Source: an uncultured Gammaproteobacteria bacterium
GTDB lineage: Bacteria > Patescibacteriota > Patescibacteriia > UBA9934
DNA length: 64,000 nt
Direction: 5' to 3'
NCBI GenBank assembly: GCA_964355955.1
Contig: CAYHFQ010000004.1
Span: forward strand, 1,162-65,161
The notes below the pieces were generated by a model. It ran no database searches, was not told the DNA's origin, and saw only the letters and a list, made by a program, of their open reading frames with translations. Shown here piece after piece: positions 35,681-43,022 of the stretch (position 1 is the stretch's first letter; the number at the start of each line of letters is the position of its first letter). A program made the translations under genes and the position numbers.

Positions 35681-35683
35681 AAA

Positions 35684-35725
35684 TGTGGATAAGTTGTGGG
35701 TAAAGTGGGGAAGAGGTGGGGATAA
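35684..35725. promoter_or_regulatory. Array of DnaA-box-like 9-mers with 11-bp period
   Basis: TGTGGATAA (35684), TGTGGGTAA (35695), TGGGGAAGA (35706), TGGGGATAA (35717). Confidence 0.55.
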
Positions 35726-35741
35726 ATAAAGCTGTGGCAAC

Positions 35742-35770
35742 AAAAAATCCAGACAATGTCTGGATGTTTT
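35742..35770 (-). terminator. Terminator downstream of tRNA-Ser(TGA)
   Basis: ATCCAGAC-AAT-GTCTGGAT flanked by A/T runs. Confidence 0.7.
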
Positions 35771-35858
35771 TGGCGGAGGAGGTGAGATTCGAACTCACGG
35801 TGCCTTGCAGCACGGCGCATTTCAAGTGCGCTGGAATAAACCACTATCCGACTCCTCC
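35771..35858 (-). tRNA. tRNA-Ser (anticodon TGA)
   Basis: GGAGGAG acceptor stem, anticodon arm GCGCA-CTTGAAA-TGCGC, long variable arm, GTTCGAATC, encoded CCA. Confidence 0.95.
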
Positions 35859-35934
35859 GAACTCATTTACCCGACTGATGGGTCGACAAAATACTATCTG
35901 AAAAAGAGGTTTTCGTAAAGTACTGCTGACTCGA

Positions 35935-36062
35935 TACGACTCGCCGGCGCCTCTCACCTCGTCGACACTCGGTTCGGGCTGGGCACCGCCTCGCCATGCT
36001 CGCTGGTGCTCGCATAAGGCTCCGGCGTTCTCGTCGTGACGCAAGCCAAGCAGTTGGCTTGC
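35935..36062 (-). repeat. Structured inter-tRNA element sharing the family A core hairpin
   Basis: CTCACCTCGTCGACACTCGG (35953-35972) versus family A CTCACCTCGT(A/C)TGACTCGG; additional hairpins. Confidence 0.6.
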
Positions 36063-36073
36063 TCCGGGCGCAA

Positions 36074-36103
36074 CAAAAAAACCCAGCCAAAGCTGGGATT
36101 TTT
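36074..36103 (-). terminator. Terminator downstream of tRNA-Arg
   Basis: CCCAGC-CAAA-GCTGGG with A7 and T-run flanks. Confidence 0.7.
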
Positions 36104-36180
36104 TGGTGCGCCCGGCACGACTCGAACGTACGACCCTCAGCTCCGCAAGCTGATGCTCTATCCAACTGAGCTACGGGCGC
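36104..36180 (-). tRNA. tRNA-Arg (anticodon GCG)
   Basis: GCGCCCGTAGCTCAGTTGGATAGAGCA-TCAGC-TTGCGGA-GCTGA-...GTTCGAGTC...GGGCGCACCA. Confidence 0.95.
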
Positions 36181-36245
36181 TCGAATAAATAGCAAAGCTA
36201 TTTATGTAAGCATGGATTGAATTCGTTCAAAAAAGTACGAATTGC

Positions 36246-36764
36246 TCAGAGTTTATACAGTCTGGAGAGCATATCTGTCAAGTATTCACGCTCTCTATTG
36301 AGGTTTTCGAAGGCATACGGTAAAAGTGCCTTGCGGACGTCGTTGGGATTCATGTCTTCCAGTGGAACAGTCAAAGTTGGGGCTAAAGAACCATGAAAAG
36401 CCACATAAAGGGTTTTTACATCAGGTGGGTTGTAAATAATTGAAAAATCTCGCACATCCTGATAAGGATAGAAATTATGGCCGAAAACCACGCCACCAGT
36501 AGTTAAGTGAATTTCAACCCTATCTGGCTTACGGATATCACGCATGAGCGTAATAACCGCAAACATGATAATAATCACGGCAAACACGAAGTTCGCTGCG
36601 ATTATTGCATAGAGGAGTAAAGCTAGACCAAGGGTACTAGCAATAATGTACCAACGGCGCGATCGCACCACTGGCGGGTATTCCCAAGTCTCCCAACTAA
36701 GAATGGACGCTCCAGCGTCAATTTTCTCTTTATTCTCTTCCATATTTTGCTTAACTTCAGGCAT
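36246..36764 (-). CDS. Conserved membrane protein (2 TM + PH-like C-terminal domain)
   Basis: LSWETWEY...RSRRWY, two TMs, GVVFG..FY.Y..VRDFSI; ATG 36764 lies 6 nt after TGGTATACT. Confidence 0.65.
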   Translation of the reverse strand: MPEVKQNMEENKEKIDAGASILSWETWEYPPVVRSRRWYIIASTLGLALLLYAIIAANFVFAVIIIMFAVITLMRDIRKPDRVEIHLTTGGVVFGHNFYPYQDVRDFSIIYNPPDVKTLYVAFHGSLAPTLTVPLEDMNPNDVRKALLPYAFENLNREREYLTDMLSRLYKL

Positions 36765-36788
36765 GTTCATAGTATACCACACTGGCCC

Positions 36789-36817
36789 TTGAAAACATCC
36801 GGTTTATAAGCTACCCT
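36789..36817 (+). promoter_or_regulatory. Sigma70-type promoter for tRNA-Ser(GCT)
   Basis: TTGAAA-17 nt-TACCCT. Confidence 0.5.
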
Positions 36818-36942
36818 AATGAGGCTTTACGAGCCCCCGCCAAGCGCAGCGCAGGCGAGACGAGCGGACCAACGTGCCGCGAGTGAGCGTGAGGTAGTTT
36901 GTTACGCGAACGCGAACGGCAGGCCGTTGCGTCCGCGAGTAC

Positions 36943-37032
36943 GGAGAGGTGGCCGAGTGGCTGAAGGCACAGGTTTGCTAAACCTGCGTACTTGAAAGAG
37001 TACCGGAGGTTCGAATCCTCTCCTCTCCGCCA
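36943..37032 (+). tRNA. tRNA-Ser (anticodon GCT)
   Basis: GGAGAGGTGGCCGAGTGG, arm CAGGT-TTGCTAA-ACCTG, long variable arm, GGTTCGAATCC, CCA end. Confidence 0.96.
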
Positions 37033-37034
37033 CG

Positions 37035-37064
37035 AAAAAATGACAGCTTCGGTTGTCGTTTTTT
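37035..37064 (+). terminator. Terminator after tRNA-Ser(GCT)
   Basis: AAAAAATGACAGC-TTCG-GTTGTCGTTTTTT. Confidence 0.8.
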
Positions 37065-37122
37065 CGTTTTAAGGGCTTATCAGATGGCGTGTTTGTTGTT
37101 ATAGTTTCTTTAGGTAATTTCT

Positions 37123-37674
37123 GTGTATATGCGATTGATGAGAAAATCCATCCTGACTGTCGCGGCTGTTAGTTTGTTGCTTGGCTGGTTTGGTCGACCA
37201 ACTGCGGTCTTGGCTTGTTCCTGCGTCTCAGCGACGCCAGCTGAGCATTTTGCTAATGCGACGACTGTGTTTATGGGTACGGTGAAGAATATTTCTGGGG
37301 ATGGCCGGAATGGTCAGAAGAGGCTAGTTGATTTTGCGGTTACTGAAGCACGGAAAGGTATTCTCGATAAAACGGTGACTGTGGCAACTGGTGCGGGTGG
37401 TGGGGATTGCGGCTTCGATTTTCAAGAAGGGCAAGAATATGTGGTTTATGCCTATGATGATGGTGGCAAGTTAGGTACGGGGATTTGCAGCGGTACCGCA
37501 TTAGTTAATGATGCTTCAGATAATGTCGACGAGTCTTTAATGAATAATATTTCCGAAGGGTCGATGGAAGAGGTAGAAGAAGGGAGTAATTTACTAGTCA
37601 CGACTGTGGTTTTAGGGGCTGCCTTTGGTGCCGGAATGTTGATGATGCATTTGTGGGGACGGAGGCGATTATAA
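37123..37674 (+). CDS. Secreted, C-terminally anchored TIMP/NTR-like domain protein
   Basis: Signal peptide ending VLA then CSC; VF.G.V; GGGDCGFDF..GQEYVVYA; ICSGT; C-terminal TM + RRRL; start uncertain. Confidence 0.7.
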   Translation: MYMRLMRKSILTVAAVSLLLGWFGRPTAVLACSCVSATPAEHFANATTVFMGTVKNISGDGRNGQKRLVDFAVTEARKGILDKTVTVATGAGGGDCGFDFQEGQEYVVYAYDDGGKLGTGICSGTALVNDASDNVDESLMNNISEGSMEEVEEGSNLLVTTVVLGAAFGAGMLMMHLWGRRRL

Positions 37675-37680
37675 TAAGTT

Positions 37681-38220
37681 ATGAAAGATGAATATTTAGC
37701 TATTCTTGGTCTTGGTTCCAATGTTGGCGAGCGCGAAAGCTGGCTTAGACAAGCGGTGACTTGTTTACAAGAGATCGCCGGGCTGAGTGATGTTCGCGTC
37801 TCTTCGTTGTACGAGTCGGTGGCGCTTTTGCCGCCAGATGCTCCAGCGGATTGGGATAAGCCTTATTATAATGTGGTTATTAGTGGTAATACATTGTATT
37901 CGCCGCGGCAGTTGTTAGAAATTGTGCAGAAGATTGAAACTATGTTGGGCCGTGAAGAGGATCATCGATATTGGAGTCCAAGAATCATTGACATCGATAT
38001 TTTAGCTTATGGATCCGAAATAGTTAACGAAGATGATCTGGTTATTCCGCATAGGTTTTTAGGTCAACGAGTTTTTACACTTCTGCCATTACTAGAAATT
38101 TTACCTGTTTGGCGATTTCCAATCGGCAGTGAGATGGCGGGAAAAACTGCGAGTCAGGCATATGACGAACTCCCAATTTTGGATAAGCAGAACATTAATA
38201 AGATTGAAAACTTATGGTAA
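37681..38220 (+). CDS. folK: 2-amino-4-hydroxy-6-hydroxymethyldihydropteridine diphosphokinase
   Basis: LGLGSNVG, SSLYES, IE..LGR, WSPRIIDIDIL, LVIPH, RVFTLLPL. Confidence 0.93.
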   Translation: MKDEYLAILGLGSNVGERESWLRQAVTCLQEIAGLSDVRVSSLYESVALLPPDAPADWDKPYYNVVISGNTLYSPRQLLEIVQKIETMLGREEDHRYWSPRIIDIDILAYGSEIVNEDDLVIPHRFLGQRVFTLLPLLEILPVWRFPIGSEMAGKTASQAYDELPILDKQNINKIENLW

Positions 38221-38999
38221 CGAACGGTTGCTCGCTGGTTGGTATTTTGAATGTTACGCCTGATTCTTTTTCGGACGGGGGAACGTTTGTTGATCCGGAA
38301 GCGGTGGTTGTTAGGGTAGTACAGATGGTCAGTGAGAGGGCGACGGTAATCGATATTGGGGCTGAGTCGACCAGGCCTGGGGCGACGCCGTTAACTCACG
38401 AAGAAGAATGGCTGCGGCTTGAACCGATCTTACGAGCAGTTTTGACTCACGTGGCATGTGAGATTAGTGTTGATACTCGGCACCCGCAAACTGCGGAAAA
38501 GGCTTTGGCGCTAGGGGTACATTGGATAAATGACGTGAGTGGATTTTCTCAGCAGATGGTAGACGTGGTGAAGAATAGCAAATGTCGATTAGTGGTGATG
38601 CATAGTTTGAGTGTTCCGGCACGGAAAGATCTTGTATTTGACGAGACGGTTGACGTTGTAGAAGCGGTGCGTGACTGGTGTTTGGAAAAGTTGGCTATGC
38701 TTGAGCGTCATGGCATAGCTCGCGAACGGATTATATTCGATCCAGGAATTGGGTTTGGGAAGACGGCTGAGCAGTCAATGAAACTGATTGAACGAGTAAG
38801 TTATTTGAAAGTGCCTGGTACACAGTTATTAGTCGGTCATTCCCGTAAATCATTTTTGACAACCCTCGGCATAAAATCGCTGGCCGAGCGTGACGAGGCG
38901 ACGGGGCAACTATCAGCTTTTTTAGCGACTCAGGGGGTCGACTATGTGCGAGTTCACAATGTCGCAGTGAATCGATTGGCGATGAAGATGTTAGTGTAA
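38214..38999 (+). CDS. folP: Dihydropteroate synthase
   Basis: GILNVTPDSFSDGG, DIGAESTRPG, SVDT, DPGIGFGK, GHSRKSF, RVHNV. Confidence 0.95.
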   Translation: MVTNGCSLVGILNVTPDSFSDGGTFVDPEAVVVRVVQMVSERATVIDIGAESTRPGATPLTHEEEWLRLEPILRAVLTHVACEISVDTRHPQTAEKALALGVHWINDVSGFSQQMVDVVKNSKCRLVVMHSLSVPARKDLVFDETVDVVEAVRDWCLEKLAMLERHGIARERIIFDPGIGFGKTAEQSMKLIERVSYLKVPGTQLLVGHSRKSFLTTLGIKSLAERDEATGQLSAFLATQGVDYVRVHNVAVNRLAMKMLV

Positions 39000-39031
39000 T
39001 ACTATAGCTAGGAGTAGGATAATGATTAAAT

Positions 39032-39361
39032 ATGATCGATTGTTTAGATTTAACAGCCGAAGAGTTTGCTACTCTTGAACGGGCTAGTCAGGAGCGCGTG
39101 CCTGTTTTAGTTAACGGTCGGGAAGTGCTGCTCAAGCCTTTTAATGCTGAAAAAGAACACGTTCATTCAGACTGTGGCAGCTGTCCAGATGAGATGATGA
39201 TGGACGAAGTTGGTGGCAAGGCTTGTTTAGCGGCTTCCAGAGATGTCGACGAGGAAACTTGGCGCGTCCATGCTATGCGACCGTTGCTGTGGGGTTGGTT
39301 TGGTTATTTGGGGAGTAGTTTGCGAACGTTGAGTGTTGGTGGACGGGAGTTAGGAAGATAA
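39032..39361 (+). CDS. Hypothetical protein (CxxC)
   Basis: 109-aa ORF with host-like codon use; DCGSCP. Confidence 0.5.
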   Translation: MIDCLDLTAEEFATLERASQERVPVLVNGREVLLKPFNAEKEHVHSDCGSCPDEMMMDEVGGKACLAASRDVDEETWRVHAMRPLLWGWFGYLGSSLRTLSVGGRELGR

Positions 39362-39431
39362 TAAAAGAGCGCGTCCCGTCGAACAAGGATGCCGACGGTC
39401 GGCGCCTCTTATTTCGCGGAACGCGCGAGCG

Positions 39432-40010
39432 CTATTTTGTCTGCAGATCTTGCATCTTCCTGTGCACGGCCATTCCGAGAAGGCTTAGTTGCAGTGTTTC
39501 GACGGGATCTTCGTCTTTATCTAGCACCTCGTTGCTGGCTGCGATGATCAGGTATTTATCCAACAATGCCAGAGGTTTCTGTACTTGACGTCGATTTATT
39601 GTGGGGGTACTCCCGATGAAGTGCTTGACGATGGTACTCCTGGGAATCCGTTGGCCGTAATAACCATAGAACCAGTTGAGCAGCGCGTAGATCGTCTGAG
39701 CGTTGCGTCGGCTCATCAGGTCTTTGACAATGGCCGTCGCCCTGGCGTCAAATTGCGCGCGCTGTATGCCTTCTGCCAGGCCTAGGATTCGGCCAAGTTG
39801 TTCGGAGGCTGCAACGGATGGTGATGGTACGTCTATACGAGCTCGAAAGAGAGTGACTACTGCTTGGAGGTATTCTTGCATGAATGGTGTCTCGAACGAA
39901 CCTGTGAGCAGGCTACCGATCATTTGTCGTCTTTCTCGATGCGCTACGTCTGTATCTTCCCAGAGCTTATATAGACTCTGGACGAAACTTGGTAGATCTT
40001 GTTCTGTCAC
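39432..40010 (-). CDS. Hypothetical protein, possible C-terminal winged helix
   Basis: 192-aa ORF; GGGAG SD before the GTG start. Confidence 0.5.
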   Translation of the reverse strand: MTEQDLPSFVQSLYKLWEDTDVAHRERRQMIGSLLTGSFETPFMQEYLQAVVTLFRARIDVPSPSVAASEQLGRILGLAEGIQRAQFDARATAIVKDLMSRRNAQTIYALLNWFYGYYGQRIPRSTIVKHFIGSTPTINRRQVQKPLALLDKYLIIAASNEVLDKDEDPVETLQLSLLGMAVHRKMQDLQTK

Positions 40011-40141
40011 CTTGACTCCCGTGTCGACGTTGCCCGGTATGGGTAATTGTCGACTAAGAACCTTACAGCGGTAGAATACTTAAGTCAATCAACTCGAATA
40101 TATGCTATACTTTTAGTATTAGATGTCATCAGTATTTTAGT

Positions 40142-40663
40142 ATGGGAGAGATTGTTATCCGTATCCCTTGGAATAAGAAGATAATCAAGCGCGTAGTTAT
40201 TGGCTTGTTGATTGCCTTGCCGATTGTTTATATTTTGGTCATGCATGGTGCGGAGAAATACATTAACGTTATACAGAGAAGTGCGATTTGTGACTTATGT
40301 GAACCAAGTGGAAATAACACCGAGTCTAGCTGGATTGTCACCCTGCGGCATGATTTGCCGTTTGAGAGTAAATATGGCCAGAGATATGAGGTGTGCTTGG
40401 ATCAGATTCATTTAGAGCGAGTCTATGTTCGTAATAGTAGCGGTGGATTTGATTCGAGTAGAGCGTATTTTAATAAGGACGGTGAGGCGATGGGTACTTG
40501 GAGTAGTGATGATACCGGACAGGCTTACCAAAATGGAGAGTATGTCGGTAGCATAATAGACGAAGTAAATCCGGCTAAAGATTTGTTTAGAGAGAGTCTT
40601 TGGAACTGTAAGAGGGTGCCGGCTTGGTTTTTTAATATGAAGGTAGATGTTAGCTCTTCTTGA
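40142..40663 (+). CDS. Hypothetical membrane-anchored protein
   Basis: N-terminal TM after basic residues; TGCTATACT upstream. Confidence 0.55.
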   Translation: MGEIVIRIPWNKKIIKRVVIGLLIALPIVYILVMHGAEKYINVIQRSAICDLCEPSGNNTESSWIVTLRHDLPFESKYGQRYEVCLDQIHLERVYVRNSSGGFDSSRAYFNKDGEAMGTWSSDDTGQAYQNGEYVGSIIDEVNPAKDLFRESLWNCKRVPAWFFNMKVDVSSS

Positions 40664-40693
40664 GACTATTCTGTTGTGGTAGGATCATTTTGT

Positions 40694-41317
40694 ATGAATG
40701 ATTTTTTACGCGAGACTATACGGTTTTATAACGATTATGCCGATTCTTTTGAGGAGAAAACAAAGAATAAGCAAAAGCGAGAATGGCTTGATCGATTTGT
40801 AGCGGCCTTGCCAGCAAAAGGCGAAGTTCTTGATTTGGGCTGTGCTTATGGTCGCGACTTGCGAACTTTTGTGGATCTTGGATTGAGTGCAGTAGGAATT
40901 GATGGATCCGAGGTGATGGTTGGCAAGGCACAAGAACTTGTCCCTGAGGCCAAAGTTATGGTCGGCGATGTGCGGAAGTTGCCATTCAATGTTGAACAAT
41001 TTGTTGGAGTTTGGGCGTCGAATATTTTTGTTCATTTGCCAAAGAGCGATATGCCAGCTGCTCTTAAGGGGATTGCAGATTGTCTTGTAACTGATGGCGT
41101 GCTTTACGGGTCGTTATATCTTGGGGACTCGGAAGGCATGGAAGAAGATTCGCGCTACGAAAATGCTGCAAAATATTATTCATATTTTACGGAGGAGGAA
41201 ATTCGTAAGCTCTTAAGCGATGCTGGCTTTGAGATAGTGGCTTTTGAACCGAGGGATAAAGATGAATATGAGAGGGCGGATATTCTTGAGTTTTTGGCGA
41301 AGAAAATGTCGATGTAG
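40694..41317 (+). CDS. Class I SAM-dependent methyltransferase
   Basis: VLDLGCAYGRD, GIDGS, GDVRKLPF, GVWASNIFVHL. Confidence 0.88.
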   Translation: MNDFLRETIRFYNDYADSFEEKTKNKQKREWLDRFVAALPAKGEVLDLGCAYGRDLRTFVDLGLSAVGIDGSEVMVGKAQELVPEAKVMVGDVRKLPFNVEQFVGVWASNIFVHLPKSDMPAALKGIADCLVTDGVLYGSLYLGDSEGMEEDSRYENAAKYYSYFTEEEIRKLLSDAGFEIVAFEPRDKDEYERADILEFLAKKMSM

Positions 41318-41443
41318 ACGGGTGGTGAAGTATTGACGATGCATGGCGAGGTGAAGATTATCGGCTAGGGTGAAGCTGGACAAAAAGGGGGATTAATGCT
41401 ACAAAACCCCCTTATTCTTGCTTGGGAAGTCCAATAAACCTGT

Positions 41444-42436
41444 ATGAAACGTCAACTATTCGCGGTTTTGTTGAGTGTGATTGTGGTAGTAATGCCAGTG
41501 ACGCAGGCAGAGGCGGCGTCGACGGACGGCCGAATATTGCTGGCGGTTGAGAGCCATGGCGAGACTTGGTATGTTGATCCGGTGACGAGTGAACGTAGTT
41601 TTTTGAATCATGGTGCGGGCTTGGTGGCGGTAATTCCGACTGTAGCGCTTGGTATTAGTAATGCGGATATTTGGCGCATTCCGGTGGGTGTTTTGGTGCC
41701 ACTTAAGGGCGAGGTAGATGCCGACCATGATGGTTTAACGAATCAAATGGAACAGGCTTTGGGTACATATTCTGGGAGCGCCGATACCGATCATGACGGT
41801 TATAGCGACGGTGTTGAATTCAGCAATAACTACACGCCGTTTGGAGCTGGCAAGATTCCCGTCGATACCGCGTTGGTGAATCGCTTGAAAGGTCGCATTC
41901 TCTTGCAGGTGGAGGGTAGAGGTGAAGCCTGGTATTTGAATCCGACTGATGGCAGACGTTACTTTATTGGTAATGCGGATGAGGCTGACCGTTTGATCAC
42001 CATGTTTAGCTTGGGGATTACGAATGCTGACTTGGCGAAGATTGCGGTTAGCGCCGAGTCTGATGTGCCAGGTTGTGAGAGTTCGTGGAGTTTGTTTACG
42101 AGTGAGGAAGTGAGCTTCTGTTACCCAACTGGTGTAGTGGTACAGAGTCGGGGGGATAGCGAATTTGTAAATACAGAAATATTGGTGGCTAAAGCGACTG
42201 GTAATTTAACTACACAAGAAATGGTTAGCATGCCAGAGAGTTACGGCGTGGCTAAAACTTATAATGGAATTGCTGGCGTAGAGTTTACTGACGCAGGCTA
42301 TGGCGCCATAAGTGCTTTTGTTTTCCAGATCGGAGGCAAGACGTATTCCATTGTCGAGGCTAAGCCTTTGTCACAGCGAGAGTTAACGATTACTGAGTGG
42401 CAGCAGATGCTCGGCTCTTTGATTATCTCACAATAA
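41444..42436 (+). CDS. Secreted protein with duplicated GRILLQVE..GEAWY surface repeats and TSP3-like Ca-binding motifs
   Basis: Signal peptide; GRILLAVESHGETWYVDP and GRILLQVEGRGEAWYLNP; DADHDGL, DTDHDGYSDG. Confidence 0.7.
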   Translation: MKRQLFAVLLSVIVVVMPVTQAEAASTDGRILLAVESHGETWYVDPVTSERSFLNHGAGLVAVIPTVALGISNADIWRIPVGVLVPLKGEVDADHDGLTNQMEQALGTYSGSADTDHDGYSDGVEFSNNYTPFGAGKIPVDTALVNRLKGRILLQVEGRGEAWYLNPTDGRRYFIGNADEADRLITMFSLGITNADLAKIAVSAESDVPGCESSWSLFTSEEVSFCYPTGVVVQSRGDSEFVNTEILVAKATGNLTTQEMVSMPESYGVAKTYNGIAGVEFTDAGYGAISAFVFQIGGKTYSIVEAKPLSQRELTITEWQQMLGSLIISQ

Positions 42437-42521
42437 ATAGAAGTAGTTCGGTTGCGCATAAATCCCTATTAAGTTAGGGATTTTGTGTTATAGTGAAGGT
42501 GCCTAACGGCAAGGAGCCAAC

Positions 42522-42929
42522 ATGAATCGAGAACGTGCTAGTCGGCCAGAGTGTGCGGTGTGTGAGGTGATTGATTTTGGAGATTACCATAGTTACGGGC
42601 TTTTTCCGGAACGGGTGTGTACCCTCCGCTTTCGCTATCCACGAGCAGCGCCGCCACGTTGGTTGGTCAGTTTGATCGGGACCGAAGAGGACAGGGGAGA
42701 AGAGGTGACGGAAACACCGAGAAGCCTGTGGAGGGACGACGAAGTGAGCTTTCGAGTAGTTCGTCTGCTGCCTCCGCCGGCAGCTGGCTGGCTGCTCGAG
42801 ACCTGTCAACACGAGGTTTTCAACTGGGGAGCACATGAGCAACGTCTGGTTGTGATGGTGGTTCCGGAAGGGGATCGTCGTAGAGGGATCGTCATGGCTG
42901 AAGCCACCTGGCAGGAGTGCTACAAGTAA
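42522..42929 (+). CDS. Hypothetical protein
   Basis: AAGGAG SD upstream of ATG; TGTTATAGT promoter-like motif; CxxC. Confidence 0.5.
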   Translation: MNRERASRPECAVCEVIDFGDYHSYGLFPERVCTLRFRYPRAAPPRWLVSLIGTEEDRGEEVTETPRSLWRDDEVSFRVVRLLPPPAAGWLLETCQHEVFNWGAHEQRLVVMVVPEGDRRRGIVMAEATWQECYK

Positions 42930-43022
42930 TGAGGCGTCGTCTTGGCTCGATCTTACCGAAAGGTGAGGTCGAGCTTTACATTTTTTCAAAATCTGTCATA
43001 ATGGCGCGGATAATATACGCCT

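Noticed and set aside
35684-35725. Replication origin
   Set aside because: No dnaA/dnaN, no AT-rich unwinding element, and the + strand remains G-rich on both sides.
35771-35858. Selenocysteine or opal-suppressor tRNA
   Set aside because: The anticodon is TGA (reads UCA, Ser), not TCA; normal 7-bp acceptor stem.
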